NCBI GenBank assembly: GCA_019244185.1
Contig: JAFATB010000002.1
Span: 1-64,000, forward strand
Source of the DNA: Acidobacteriota bacterium
GTDB taxonomy: Bacteria; Acidobacteriota; Thermoanaerobaculia; Gp7-AA8
Reading direction: 5' to 3'
DNA length: 64,000 bases
Shown here: positions 28,179 through 38,424 of the stretch, piece by piece
Layout: each line of letters begins with the position of its first letter
Position numbering within the stretch: the first letter of the stretch is position 1
Notes under the pieces: model-generated
What the model was told of the DNA's origin: nothing
Seen by the model: the letters and a program-made list of their open reading frames with translations, nothing else
Databases searched by the model: none
Translations under genes and position numbers: made by a program

Positions 28179-28708
28179 TCCGCCACGCGCTCGAAACCGT
28201 CTCCGTGTGGGCGGTGCCGTTCCTCCTCGTCGCGATTCCGTTCGTCGGGATCATCCGGAAGGTGAAGGTCTACGACGCGTTCGTCGACGGTGCGAAAGAC
28301 GGCTTCAACGTCGCCGTGAAGATCATCCCGTTCCTCGTCGGCATTCTCGTCGCCATCGGGATGTTCCGCGCGTCGGGCGCGATGGATCTCCTGAACGCGG
28401 CGCTCAAGCCGCTGCTGCAGTCGACCGGCTTTCCGGCCGAGCTCGTGCCGCTCGCGGTGCTGCGCACGCTCACCGGCAGCGGCTCGCTCGCGTTCACCAC
28501 GGACCTCATCAAGACCTACGGCCCCGACTCGCTCCTCGCGCGCATGGCCTCGACGATGTACGGCAGCTCCGAGACGACGTTCTACGTGATCGCGGTCTAC
28601 TTCGGCGCGGTCAGCGTGAAGCGCACGCGCCACGCGGTGCCGGCCGCGCTCATCGGCGATCTCGTGGCGGCGCTGGCGACGGTCGCGATCTGCACGTTCA
28701 TGTTCTGA
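28175..28708 (+). CDS. spmB: SpmB-like membrane protein
   Basis: VYDAFVDGAKDG, MFRASGA, GSSETTFYVIAVYFG, TRHAV; GTGA overlap. Confidence 0.9.
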   Translation: MIRHALETVSVWAVPFLLVAIPFVGIIRKVKVYDAFVDGAKDGFNVAVKIIPFLVGILVAIGMFRASGAMDLLNAALKPLLQSTGFPAELVPLAVLRTLTGSGSLAFTTDLIKTYGPDSLLARMASTMYGSSETTFYVIAVYFGAVSVKRTRHAVPAALIGDLVAALATVAICTFMF

Positions 28709-29981
28709 GCGCGCGCGGCCTGCGCGTCGACGCGAGATACACGAGCGCGCCGACGACCAGCGCGAGCGTGGCCGCGAGGAAGTTGAAGCGGTTCATGTTG
28801 AAGAAGAAGGCGAGCGAGATCAGTACGCCGAGGATCGGCAGCACGAGCCCCGGCGTCCGGAAGCCTTCGTTCAGCTTGCGCAGCCGCGGCACGGCCGCGC
28901 ACGTGACGAGATACGTCGTGAGACGCGCGACGGCGGAGAGCATCGCCAGCTGGCGGAACGAGCCGCCGAGCGCGAGCGCGGCCGCGACGATGCTGTGCAC
29001 GAGGATGGCGAACGTCGGCGTGCGGAAGCGCGGGTGCACGTACGACAGCGGCCCGAGGTTGCGGTCGAGGGAGAGCGCGAAGAGCATGCGCGAGCCCTCG
29101 AGCATCGTGCCGGAGTTCGTGCCCGCCATCGACAGCAGCGCGCCGAGCGTGACGACGATCGCGCCGACGGGACCGACGATGGCCGCCGCCGCGGAGGCGA
29201 TCGGCGTGTCGCTCGTCGAGAGATCGGGCAGCGCCGACATCGCGCCGAGCTGCGCGAGGACGTACAACGCGGCGATGGCGACGGTGCCGGCGAGCAGCGC
29301 GAGCGGCAGGTCGCGGCGCGGATTGCGGAACTCGCCCGCGGGCACGCCGAGGTTTTCGAAGCCGGCGTACGCGAAGAGCATGAAGAGCGCCGCGCCGTTC
29401 CAGTCCGTGCCCGCCGGCGGCAGATGCAGCGACGCCGGAATCGGGTTCGTCTTCCACGCCACGAGCGCGATGATGATGAAGCCGACCAGCGGCACGAGCT
29501 TCCCCGTCGTGAAGACGTAGATCGACGCCGCGCCGTACTTCACGCCGACCAGGTGAATGAGCGCGAGCACGACGATGCTCGAGATGATGATCGCCGCGCG
29601 CGGCCCGGTCTCTTTCGCCGACGGAAAGAAGAGCGCCAGCGCGACCACGAAGCCATTCGACAGCGACGCGAGCGACGTCGTGCGCGCCAGCCAGTTCATC
29701 CAGCCCGTTTCGAAGCCGACGAAATCGCCGAACGCCGACCGCGCGTACAGATACGCGCCGCCCGGCTCCGTGAAGTGACTCGACGCCTCGGCGAAACAGA
29801 GCACGAGCACGAACACCGGAATCGCAAACAGCAGCGGCGCCCACAACGAGAACGGCCCGAGCAGCTTGTACGACTCGTAGGGGAGGAGGAAGACGCCGGA
29901 GCCGACCACGGCATTGATGCACATGGCGACGAGACCGGGGAGGCCGACGGTGCGGATGAGTTTTGCGGATTGGTCGCTCAT
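28698..29981 (-). CDS. APC family amino acid permease
   Basis: INAVVGSGVF, GGAYLY, FAYAGFE, HPRFRTP; about 12 TM. Confidence 0.92.
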   Translation of the reverse strand: MSDQSAKLIRTVGLPGLVAMCINAVVGSGVFLLPYESYKLLGPFSLWAPLLFAIPVFVLVLCFAEASSHFTEPGGAYLYARSAFGDFVGFETGWMNWLARTTSLASLSNGFVVALALFFPSAKETGPRAAIIISSIVVLALIHLVGVKYGAASIYVFTTGKLVPLVGFIIIALVAWKTNPIPASLHLPPAGTDWNGAALFMLFAYAGFENLGVPAGEFRNPRRDLPLALLAGTVAIAALYVLAQLGAMSALPDLSTSDTPIASAAAAIVGPVGAIVVTLGALLSMAGTNSGTMLEGSRMLFALSLDRNLGPLSYVHPRFRTPTFAILVHSIVAAALALGGSFRQLAMLSAVARLTTYLVTCAAVPRLRKLNEGFRTPGLVLPILGVLISLAFFFNMNRFNFLAATLALVVGALVYLASTRRPRALRT

Positions 29982-29998
29982 GCGTGGTTGCTCGCTTC

Positions 29999-30112
29999 AA
30001 AAGCTGAATGAAGAATGCAGAACGCAGAATGAAGAATTGAGAAGCGCTCCGCGTCTTCGGTTCCCCTTTCTGAATTCTGCATTCTGCGTTCTGCATTCTT
30101 CATTCAGCTTTT
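29999..30112. repeat. 40-bp inverted repeat made of AGAATGC-type heptamers, 34-nt loop
   Basis: Left arm 29999-30038 is the reverse complement of right arm 30073-30112 with one mismatch. Confidence 0.92.
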
Positions 30113-31758
30113 CTCCCTCTATGCCCCTTCCCTCGAATCACCTTCCCCGCATACACGCCGTTCACGTTCCCGTCGCGCATCTCCAACTTCCCATTCACCA
30201 CCACGTCCGCCACCCCCACCGACATATGGTGCGGGTCTTCGAACGTGGCCACGTCGGCGATGGTGTTCGGATCGAAGACGATGATGTCGGCTTTCATGCC
30301 CGGGCGCAGCACGCCGCGGTCGGTGAGGTTCGCGCGGATGGCGGCCTGCGAGGTCATCTTGCGCACGGCCTCTTCGATCGTGAAGAGGTGCTCGTCGCGG
30401 ACGTAGTGTCCGGCCACGCGCGCGAACGTGCCGTACGAGCGCGGATGCACCGCCGTTCCCGCCGCGCGAATCGCCGGCGACGGCGAGCTGCCGTCCGAGC
30501 CGACGGAGACCCACGACTGCTTCAGCGCCGTGCGCACGTCGTCTTCGCTCATCGAGAAGAAGATGACGCGCGGCGACGCCGGATTCGTTTCGAACAACTT
30601 CATGATCGCTTCCTCGGGGGCGACGTTCATTGCCGCCGCGATCTCGGGGACGTACTTTTTCGTGTAGCGCTCGTCGTCCTTGTTGTAGACCTGCGTGATG
30701 TAGATCCCGCGCTCGCCGCGCTTCGCGACCTGCGCGCGCAGCGCCTCCGCGATCTTCGCGCGCGCGTCGGGATCGCCGAGGCGCTTGCGCAGCTCCGCGT
30801 AACCGCCTTCGAGCGCCCAGTCGGGAACGAGCGTGCTGAGACCCGTGCCTGACGCGGCGTACGGATAGACGTTCGCGGCCACGTCGATGCCCTCGGCGCG
30901 CGCGGTCTCGATGCGCTCGAGGACGTGCGGCATCTTTCCCCAGTTCGCGCGGCCGCCGATCTTGAGGTGCCAGATGTTGACCGGGATGTGCGCCTCGCGT
31001 CCGATGCGGAAGGCCTCGTCCATCGCGCTGTCGATGTGGTCGCCCTCGTCGCGCATGTGCGTGAAGTAGACGCCGCCGTACTTCGCGGCGACCTTCGCGA
31101 GGTTGATGATCTCGTCGGTCGTCGAGTACATGGCCGGCAGGTAGATGAGCGACGTCGAGATGCCGATCGCGCCGTCGCGCATGGCCTGCTCGACGATCGC
31201 TTCCATCGCGTGCATCTCGTCCATCGTCGGCGCGCGGTTGACGTCGCCGATGACCATCTCGCGCGGGTTCGACGCGCCGACGAGCATGGCGAAGTTGATC
31301 GCGGCGGGGTGGTGGTCGAGCGCGTCGAGGAAGTCGCCGAGCGTCTTCCACGGCGCCTTCGGCGTGACCTTGTCGGCGCGCTGCGGCGCGGGCGAAGTGC
31401 CTTCGCCGCCGACTTCGGTCGTCACGCCCTGGCGCAGCTTCGCCTCGACCTGCGGGTCGTCGAACGAGTTCTCGTAGGACCAGCCGAGGAGATCGATGAA
31501 GCCGGGGGAGACGAGGAGATCGTGGGCGTCGATGGTGGTCTCGGCGGGCGTGTCGTGCAGGTCGCCGATGGCGACGATGGTGTCGCCTTCGATGCCGACG
31601 TCGCCGCGGAACCACGGCGCGCCGGTGCCGTCGACGATCCGGCCGTTGGTGATTTTCAGATCGAGCATCGGTTTGGGATTCGGCATGGTGGCGCAACCGG
31701 CAAGCAGCATGGCAACCGTCGTGGCAAATGCATTGGTAACGATTTTACCAATCTTCAT
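30100..31758 (-). CDS. N-acyl-D-amino-acid deacylase family amidohydrolase (lipoprotein)
   Basis: LAGC lipobox; [44 protein letters not shown]. Confidence 0.9.
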   Translation of the reverse strand: MKIGKIVTNAFATTVAMLLAGCATMPNPKPMLDLKITNGRIVDGTGAPWFRGDVGIEGDTIVAIGDLHDTPAETTIDAHDLLVSPGFIDLLGWSYENSFDDPQVEAKLRQGVTTEVGGEGTSPAPQRADKVTPKAPWKTLGDFLDALDHHPAAINFAMLVGASNPREMVIGDVNRAPTMDEMHAMEAIVEQAMRDGAIGISTSLIYLPAMYSTTDEIINLAKVAAKYGGVYFTHMRDEGDHIDSAMDEAFRIGREAHIPVNIWHLKIGGRANWGKMPHVLERIETARAEGIDVAANVYPYAASGTGLSTLVPDWALEGGYAELRKRLGDPDARAKIAEALRAQVAKRGERGIYITQVYNKDDERYTKKYVPEIAAAMNVAPEEAIMKLFETNPASPRVIFFSMSEDDVRTALKQSWVSVGSDGSSPSPAIRAAGTAVHPRSYGTFARVAGHYVRDEHLFTIEEAVRKMTSQAAIRANLTDRGVLRPGMKADIIVFDPNTIADVATFEDPHHMSVGVADVVVNGKLEMRDGNVNGVYAGKVIRGKGHRGRKAE

Positions 31759-33020
31759 TCCATTCCTCGGAAAAGATCATCGAGCCCCTGCCGCTCGCGG
31801 ATGATGCGCGCCTCGCCGCCGTCGACCAGCACCTCCGCCGGCAGCAGACGCGCGTTGTAGTGCGAGGCCATCGAGAAGCCGTACGCGCCGGCGTCGCAGA
31901 ACGCGACCAGATCGCCCACGCGCAGCGGCTCGATGGCCCGCGTGACCACGCGATGGTTCGCGCGCGTGAAGACGTCGCCCGACTCGCAGAGATTGCCCGC
32001 CACGACGATCTCCTCGCGGTGCAGCGAAGCGTCGTACGTCTCGCGCAGCGCGCCGGTCTCGCCGCGCGTGGCGTTGACGATGTGGTGATACGCGTCGTAC
32101 TTCGACGGCCGCACGAGATCATTGAAGCCGGCGTCGACACCGGCCCAGTCGACGCCCGCGCTGACGCGCTTCGTCGTGACGCGCGCGATGAGAACGCCCG
32201 ACGCCGCGACGACATACCGCCCCGGTTCGAGAATCGCCGTGAGGTTGCGCTCGCGCAGCCGCGGTCCGGCGATCCGCGCAAGCGCGGCGCCGTACTCCGC
32301 GATCGGGAACTCCGCGTCGCCCGGACGGTACGGCGTGGCGATGCCGCCGCCGAAATTCAGCCAGCGCAGCTCGGGGAAGTCGTCGATCAGCTCCAGGAGG
32401 CATTCCGCCGACGCGAGCAGCGGCGCGAGCGAGTCGACGCCGGAGCCGATGTGCGCGTGCAGGCCGACGATCGACGAGCCCGCGTCCTCGAGCAGCATGC
32501 GCGCGGTCTCGAGCTCCGCGAGGTCGATCCCGAACTTCACGCTCTCGCCGGCGGTGATGACGTCCGCGTGATGTCCCGCGCCGACGTCGGGATTCACGCG
32601 CAGCGCGACCGGATTCGGCAGCCCGAGCTCGACGATCTTGTCGATCTCGGAGACCGAGTTGAGGTTGATGACGATGCGCGGATCGGGCACCGCGCGAAAA
32701 TCTTCGAACGACGTGTTCGAACACGTGAACCAGATCGACTCCGGCGCGAAGCCGGCGCGCAGCGCGAGGTGAATCTCGCCCGGCGACACCGCGTCGCAGC
32801 CGAAGCCGTGCTCGCGGATCAACCGCAGCAAGGCGAGGTTCGAGTTCGCCTTCATCGCGTAAAAGGGGCGGAAGGGGAGCGCCGCGAACGCGTCGCGCAC
32901 GTTCGCGACTTGCTTGCGGATCGATGCGGCCTCGTAGACGTACAGCGGCGTGCCGAAGCGTTCCGCGAGCGCGGGCACGGACACGCCGCCCAGATGAAGG
33001 ATCTCTTGGACGTACTCCAT
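31755..33020 (-). CDS. lysA: Diaminopimelate decarboxylase
   Basis: [57 protein letters not shown]. Confidence 0.95.
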   Translation of the reverse strand: MEYVQEILHLGGVSVPALAERFGTPLYVYEAASIRKQVANVRDAFAALPFRPFYAMKANSNLALLRLIREHGFGCDAVSPGEIHLALRAGFAPESIWFTCSNTSFEDFRAVPDPRIVINLNSVSEIDKIVELGLPNPVALRVNPDVGAGHHADVITAGESVKFGIDLAELETARMLLEDAGSSIVGLHAHIGSGVDSLAPLLASAECLLELIDDFPELRWLNFGGGIATPYRPGDAEFPIAEYGAALARIAGPRLRERNLTAILEPGRYVVAASGVLIARVTTKRVSAGVDWAGVDAGFNDLVRPSKYDAYHHIVNATRGETGALRETYDASLHREEIVVAGNLCESGDVFTRANHRVVTRAIEPLRVGDLVAFCDAGAYGFSMASHYNARLLPAEVLVDGGEARIIRERQGLDDLFRGME

Positions 33021-33047
33021 TGGGGGGCAAAGGGTAACATTGTGCGG

Positions 33048-33842
33048 ATGCAGCCTTACCTCGATCTGATGCAGACGATCCTCGCGCGCGGCACGCGCAA
33101 AACCGATCGCACCGGCACCGGCACGCTGAGCATCTTCGGACACCAGCTGCGCTTCGATCTCGAGGCCGGATTTCCGCTGCTGACGACGAAGAAGCTGCAC
33201 CTCCGTTCGATCATCTACGAGCTGCTGTGGTTCCTCGCCGGTGACACGAACGTGCGCTGGCTCAACGAGAACAAAGTGACGATCTGGGACGAATGGGCGG
33301 ACGCGAACGGCGAGCTCGGTCCCGTCTACGGCTATCAGTGGCGCTCGTGGCCCGCGCCCGACGGACGCCACATCGATCAGATCAGCAACGTCATCGCGGA
33401 GATCCGCCGCAATCCCGACTCGCGGCGCCTGCTCGTCAGCGCGTGGAACGTGGCCGATCTCGACAAGATGGCGCTGCAGCCGTGCCACGCGCTCTTCCAG
33501 TTCTACGTCGCCGACGGACGCCTGTCGTGTCAGCTCTACCAGCGCAGCGCGGACGTCTTTCTCGGCGTGCCGTTCAACATCGCGTCGTATGCGCTGCTGA
33601 CGATGATGGTCGCGCAGGTCTCCGACCTCGCGCCGGGCGAGTTCATTCTCACCCTCGGCGACACGCATCTCTATCTCAACCACCTCGAGCAGGCGCGCGA
33701 GCAGCTCACGCGCGAGCCGCGCCCGCTGCCGTCGATGCGCCTCAATCCCGACGTTCGGTCGCTGTTCGACTTCAAGTTCAGCGACTTCACGCTCGAGCAC
33801 TACGATCCGCATCCGTCGATCAAGGCGCCCATCGCCGTATGA
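33048..33842 (+). CDS. thyA: Thymidylate synthase
   Basis: [39 protein letters not shown]; 264 aa. Confidence 0.97.
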   Translation: MQPYLDLMQTILARGTRKTDRTGTGTLSIFGHQLRFDLEAGFPLLTTKKLHLRSIIYELLWFLAGDTNVRWLNENKVTIWDEWADANGELGPVYGYQWRSWPAPDGRHIDQISNVIAEIRRNPDSRRLLVSAWNVADLDKMALQPCHALFQFYVADGRLSCQLYQRSADVFLGVPFNIASYALLTMMVAQVSDLAPGEFILTLGDTHLYLNHLEQAREQLTREPRPLPSMRLNPDVRSLFDFKFSDFTLEHYDPHPSIKAPIAV

Positions 33843-34366
33843 GAGCCGCGATCATCGCCGCGCTCACGACGAACAACGTCATCGGGCGCGACAACGGCCT
33901 CCCGTGGCACCTCGGCACCGATCTGCGCCGCCTCAAGTCGCTGACGCTCGGCCACCACTTCATCATGGGACGCAAGACGTACGAGTCCGTCGGCAAGCCG
34001 CTGCCCGGCCGCACGAACGTCGTCATCACCACGCGCGCCGATTACGCGCCGGAAGGCGTGACCGTCGTGCATTCGCTCGAAGACGCGCTGCGCCTCGCCG
34101 CGGACGCGCGCGATCCCGAGCCGTTCATCGCCGGCGGCGGCGAGATTTTCCGGCTCGCGATCCATCGCGCGCAGCGGATGTACCTCACGCGCATTCACGC
34201 CGAAATCGAAGGCGACGCGTTCTTTCCCGACTTTGACGACGTCAACGAATGGCACCTCGTCGACGCGGAGCACTTCGAGGCGGACGAGAAGAACGACTAT
34301 CCGTTCTCGTTCCTGACGTACGACCGCGCCGGCGCGGCAGGACACGCAATCCCGGAAGAGGGATAA
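33839..34366 (+). CDS. folA: Dihydrofolate reductase
   Basis: [38 protein letters not shown]; ATGA overlap with thyA. Confidence 0.96.
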   Translation: MRAAIIAALTTNNVIGRDNGLPWHLGTDLRRLKSLTLGHHFIMGRKTYESVGKPLPGRTNVVITTRADYAPEGVTVVHSLEDALRLAADARDPEPFIAGGGEIFRLAIHRAQRMYLTRIHAEIEGDAFFPDFDDVNEWHLVDAEHFEADEKNDYPFSFLTYDRAGAAGHAIPEEG

Positions 34367-34421
34367 GGCCAGCGCGGCGGGCGGCGGCGCGCGCACTCGA
34401 CTATGGCATCCTGTCCGCGGC

Positions 34422-35630
34422 TTGCGCGCGTACCTTCGCCTTCTCCGCACGAACCGCGACTTTCGCCTGCTCTACTCCGGCACGCTGATCTCGCTCGGCG
34501 GCGACTGGTTCCTCACGGTCGCGCTCTTCGATCTCGTGCTGCAGCTGACCGGCTCCGCGACGCTCGTGTCGGTCATCCTCCTGCTGCAAACGCTGCCGAT
34601 CTTTCTCGCGACGCCGCACGCGGGCGCGATCGTCGACCGCGTCGACCGCCGCAAGCTGATGATCGCGTGCGATCTCGCGCGCGCGGTCGCGTGTCTTTTG
34701 CCGCTGCTCGCGCGGAGTCCCGCGCTGCTGCCGTTCGCGTACGCGGGCGTGATCGTGATCGCCTTCGGCTCCGCGTATTTCGAGCCGGCGTCGCAGGCGG
34801 CGCTGCCGAACCTCGTCGCGCCGGAGGATCTCGCCACCGCGAACGTGCTCATGGGCTCGACGTGGGGCACGATGCTCGCTGCGGGCGCGGCCATCGGCGG
34901 CGCGGTGACGATGCTCTTCGGCCGCGACGCCTCGTTTCTCGTCGACACGGCGAGCTTTCTCTTCTCCGCGTTTCTCCTCGGCCGCGTGCGCGGCGCGTTC
35001 GCGGAGCCGCGCGAGGCGCATCACGCGCATCCGCCGCTCGGCGAGTCGATCCGCGAGACGCTGTCGTTCGCGCGCGAGCGTCCGCGCATCCTCGCGCTGC
35101 TGACGGTCAAGGGCGGCTACGGCCTCGGCGCGGGCGTCGTGGCGATGCTGAGCGTATTCGGTCGCGAGGTCTTCCGCGCCGGCGCGCTCGGCATCGGCCT
35201 GCTCTTCGCCGCGCGCGGCGTCGGCGCGCTGGTCGGACCGTTTCTCCTGCGCGCGCTCGCGGAACGCGACGACGCGCGTTACCGGGCGATTGCTTATTGC
35301 GTGCTCCTCTTCGGCGCCGGCTACGCGTCGCTCGCGCTGTCGCATTCGCTCGTCACCGGGCTCCTCTCGATCTTCGCCGCGCACCTCGGCGGCGGCGCGG
35401 CGTGGCAGCTGTCGACGTACGGCCTGCAGCGCGAGGTGCCGGACTTCATCCGCGGCCGCGTCTTCTCCGCCGACTACGGCTTCGTGACGCTGACGATGGC
35501 GCTGTCGGGACTCGGCGTCGGCATCGCCTCCGATCACATCGGCCCGACGCGCGCGACGCTCTCCGCCGCGACGGTCTGTCTCGCCTTCGCGCTGACGTGG
35601 GGCTTCTCGACGCGGCGCTGCTGGCGTTAA
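34422..35630 (+). CDS. MFS transporter
   Basis: GAIVDRVDRRKLM motif A; about 12 TM; RGRVFS. Confidence 0.9.
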   Translation: MRAYLRLLRTNRDFRLLYSGTLISLGGDWFLTVALFDLVLQLTGSATLVSVILLLQTLPIFLATPHAGAIVDRVDRRKLMIACDLARAVACLLPLLARSPALLPFAYAGVIVIAFGSAYFEPASQAALPNLVAPEDLATANVLMGSTWGTMLAAGAAIGGAVTMLFGRDASFLVDTASFLFSAFLLGRVRGAFAEPREAHHAHPPLGESIRETLSFARERPRILALLTVKGGYGLGAGVVAMLSVFGREVFRAGALGIGLLFAARGVGALVGPFLLRALAERDDARYRAIAYCVLLFGAGYASLALSHSLVTGLLSIFAAHLGGGAAWQLSTYGLQREVPDFIRGRVFSADYGFVTLTMALSGLGVGIASDHIGPTRATLSAATVCLAFALTWGFSTRRCWR

Positions 35631-35672
35631 CGCTTCGCGCCACGTGCGCCTCTTTCTTCGCGGAGGCATCGC

Positions 35673-36176
35673 ATGCAACTACTGCTGACCATCGTTCTCC
35701 TCGCCAGTCCGTACATCGGCTGGCTCACCACCGCTACGGAGCCCGGCACGCCGCTCGTCGTCCACGGCCGCGTCTTCGCGCCGGACGGAAAATCGCCCGC
35801 CGCCGGCGTCACGATTTACGCGTACCAGACCGACGCGCGCGGCCTCTATCACGCGCCCGGCGCGAAAGAGCCGCGGCTGCGCGCGACGTGCATCACCGAC
35901 GCGCAGGGTCGCTTCGAGCTGCGCACGATCCGCCCCGGCGCGTATCCGGGCCGCGACATCCCCGCGCACATTCACCTGCAGGCATGGGGCGGCGGCTATC
36001 CGAAACAGTGGCTGAACGAAGTGCAGTTCGACGATGATGCGCACGTCACCGCGGCGATGCGCGCGGAGTCGCGTGCGCGCGGCGCGTTCGCGAACGTGAT
36101 CGCGACGACGCGCGACGCGAACGGCGTGCTCCATGCGACGATCAACCTGCTCTTGAGGACGACATCGAACTTGTGA
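35673..36176 (+). CDS. Intradiol ring-cleavage dioxygenase-like protein
   Basis: EPGTPLVVHGRV, YQTDARGLY, LRA, TDAQGRF, PGAYP, PAHIH; GGAGG RBS. Confidence 0.85.
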   Translation: MQLLLTIVLLASPYIGWLTTATEPGTPLVVHGRVFAPDGKSPAAGVTIYAYQTDARGLYHAPGAKEPRLRATCITDAQGRFELRTIRPGAYPGRDIPAHIHLQAWGGGYPKQWLNEVQFDDDAHVTAAMRAESRARGAFANVIATTRDANGVLHATINLLLRTTSNL

Positions 36177-36685
36177 CCGACGACGCACCACTGGTCCGCG
36201 CGGCGCGCGAAGGCGACCGCGGCGCATTCGGCGAGCTCTACGCCCGCTACGCGCCGATGGTGCACGCCGTCGCGCTCGCGCGCGTGGCATCGCCCGCCGA
36301 CGCCGACGACGTCGTGCAGGACGTCTTCCTCACCGCGTTCGCGAAACTGCGCGGACTGCGCGAGGCGGAGGCGTTCGGCGGCTGGCTGGCCACGATCGCG
36401 CGCAACCGCGCGAACGGCTGGCGGCGCAAAACGGTGGATGCAGTGGAGCTCACGGACACGACCAGCGTCGCCTCGACGCAGGAAGACGAGCGCGCGGCGC
36501 GGCACGCGCTGGCGACGATCCGCGCGCTGCCCGATGCGTATCGCGAGACGCTGCTCATGCGGCTCGTCGAAGGGATGACCGGTCCCGAGATCGCGGCGCG
36601 CACGGGGCTCACGCCCGATTCCGTGCGCGTCAACCTGCATCGCGGCATGCGGCTGCTGCGCGAAGCGTTGGAGGGTTCCGCATGA
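36173..36685 (+). CDS. ECF RNA polymerase sigma factor
   Basis: ADDVVQDVF, WLATIARN, LPDAYRE, EIAARTG..VRVNLHRG. Confidence 0.93.
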   Translation: MTDDAPLVRAAREGDRGAFGELYARYAPMVHAVALARVASPADADDVVQDVFLTAFAKLRGLREAEAFGGWLATIARNRANGWRRKTVDAVELTDTTSVASTQEDERAARHALATIRALPDAYRETLLMRLVEGMTGPEIAARTGLTPDSVRVNLHRGMRLLREALEGSA

Positions 36686-37689
36686 ACGACGACGATCGCT
36701 ATCTGTGGGATCGCAGCGGCACGCCTGACGCCGAAACCGCGCGCCTCGAACGCGTGCTGCGCCGCTACCGCCACGACAAACCACTCGCGACGAAAGCGCC
36801 GCGCAACCCGCGCTCGCGCCGCATGCTCTGGCTCGCCGCCGCGGCCGTACTGATCTGCGTCCTCACCGCGGCAGTCATCGCGTTTTACTTCCGGCGCCTC
36901 GACTGGCCGTCCGACGGACGCTGGCAGGTGGCGGCGATCGACGGCAAGCCGCGCATCAACGGACGCGTCGCGAAAGCGCGCGACACGATCGGCGTCGCCG
37001 ACACGATCGCCACCGACGCGAAGTCGTCGATGACCGTACACGTCGCGCGCATCGGCGAGCTGCACGTCAAGCCCGACAGCGTAATCACGCTCGACGAAAC
37101 GCGCGCCGGCACGCACCGCATCTGGCTCGAGCGCGGCACGGTCGACGCGCGCGTCTGGGCGCCGCCGTTCACGTTCGGCGTGCGGACGTCGTCGGGCCTG
37201 GCCAGCGACGTCGGCTGCGCGTTTCAGCTGCACTACGACGGCTCGTCCGGCCTCGTGCGCGTCGTCTCCGGCTGGGTCGACTTCGACGGACCGAAACGCT
37301 CCGCGCTCATCCCCGAAGGCGCGCAGGCCGATCTCACGGCCAGCCTCGGCCCCGGCACGCCGTACTACAGCGACGCCTCGCGCGAGTTCCGTCTCGCGCT
37401 GCACGCGTTCGACTTCAATCACGACGCGGGGCTGCTGCGCCTCGTGCTGCAGTACGCGAAGCCGCGCGACGCGATGTCGCTGCTCGCGCTGCTCGACCAG
37501 AAAGACATCCGCGGCCGCGGCGAGATCTACGACCGCCTCGCCACGCTGACGAATCCGCCGGAGGGCGTCACGCGCGAAGGCATCATCGCCGGCAACTCCG
37601 CGATGGTCGACACCTGGCGCCGCTCCCTCGGCCTCGGCAACGTCAAACGCTGGTGGCTGCAGTGGCGCGACGCGCTGCCGCATCGCTGA
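36682..37689 (+). CDS. FecR-domain anti-sigma factor
   Basis: Short N-domain, single TM, beta-rich FecR-like region (LERGTVDA, DVGCAF, VVSGWV); ATGA overlap with the sigma gene. Confidence 0.82.
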   Translation: MNDDDRYLWDRSGTPDAETARLERVLRRYRHDKPLATKAPRNPRSRRMLWLAAAAVLICVLTAAVIAFYFRRLDWPSDGRWQVAAIDGKPRINGRVAKARDTIGVADTIATDAKSSMTVHVARIGELHVKPDSVITLDETRAGTHRIWLERGTVDARVWAPPFTFGVRTSSGLASDVGCAFQLHYDGSSGLVRVVSGWVDFDGPKRSALIPEGAQADLTASLGPGTPYYSDASREFRLALHAFDFNHDAGLLRLVLQYAKPRDAMSLLALLDQKDIRGRGEIYDRLATLTNPPEGVTREGIIAGNSAMVDTWRRSLGLGNVKRWWLQWRDALPHR

Positions 37690-37703
37690 CGCCGCGCGGA
37701 CGT

Positions 37704-38399
37704 TCATTCCGCGATGCGCCGTCGCTGCCGGCCGCGCGACGTGCCGATCCACGCGCTGATCGGGCCGAGGATGAAGTACGTCCAGCCGGCCCACGCGACG
37801 TGTCGCGGCGGCGCGACGAGCGCGATGAGAACGGATAGCATCGCCACGCCGACATACCCGGCGTACATGACGATCGACGTGCGCGTGTCGTGCGCCTCGG
37901 CCGCGCTCAGCGCGAGCTCGTCGCGGCGCTGCAGCGCGTGCAGGTAGAGCAACACCAGCAGCGCGAAGATGCCGGCGAAGCCGAGGCCGTAGATCACGAA
38001 GAGCGCGACGGCATCGCCCGTGCCGGGATCGATCGAGCCGGTGACGACGCTGAAGATGAACTTCAGCGGATAGACGTAGAACAACACGAGGAACAGCAGC
38101 AGCGTGTTGAGCAGGATCGTCCGCTCGTCCGTCATCGCATAGCGGCGGAAGAACGTGTGGTGGGCGTGCCAGATCCACATCAGGATCGCGAAACAGATCG
38201 CGAAGCCGGGAAAGCCGCGCAGCAAGTGCATCAGCTCCGCGAACGTCTTCGGCACTTCCAGCGAGACCACGATCAGCGTGAGCGCGAACCCGAACACGAC
38301 GTCGCTGAACGCCTCGATGCGTGTGACCTCGTGCGCGCGGTGGCGGAATGCGGCAGGCTGCATGCGAGCAATCTGCGCCGTCATGCGCGGCGCGGCCAC
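37704..38399 (-). CDS. TMEM175 (DUF1211) family potassium channel-like protein
   Basis: RIEAFSDVVFGFALTL signature, WHAHH, about 6 TM. Start may be 38384. Confidence 0.88.
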   Translation of the reverse strand: MAAPRMTAQIARMQPAAFRHRAHEVTRIEAFSDVVFGFALTLIVVSLEVPKTFAELMHLLRGFPGFAICFAILMWIWHAHHTFFRRYAMTDERTILLNTLLLFLVLFYVYPLKFIFSVVTGSIDPGTGDAVALFVIYGLGFAGIFALLVLLYLHALQRRDELALSAAEAHDTRTSIVMYAGYVGVAMLSVLIALVAPPRHVAWAGWTYFILGPISAWIGTSRGRQRRRIAE

Positions 38400-38424
38400 T
38401 GACGTTTGTCAGGAGACCGCCGCG

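Noticed and set aside
27570-28708. Sporulation capability inferred from spmA/spmB
   Set aside because: These membrane proteins are widespread in non-sporulating bacteria.
29982-30096. ORF start MQNAECRIQK (28597..30096) and similar frames
   Set aside because: Translation of the heptamer repeat running into an alternative frame of the permease gene.
29999-30112. CRISPR array
   Set aside because: The units are contiguous 7-mers in inverted arms with no spacers, and no cas genes are present.
33048-34366. thyA-folA as phage or resistance cargo
   Set aside because: Ordinary chromosomal pair with host-like codon usage and no mobile genes nearby.
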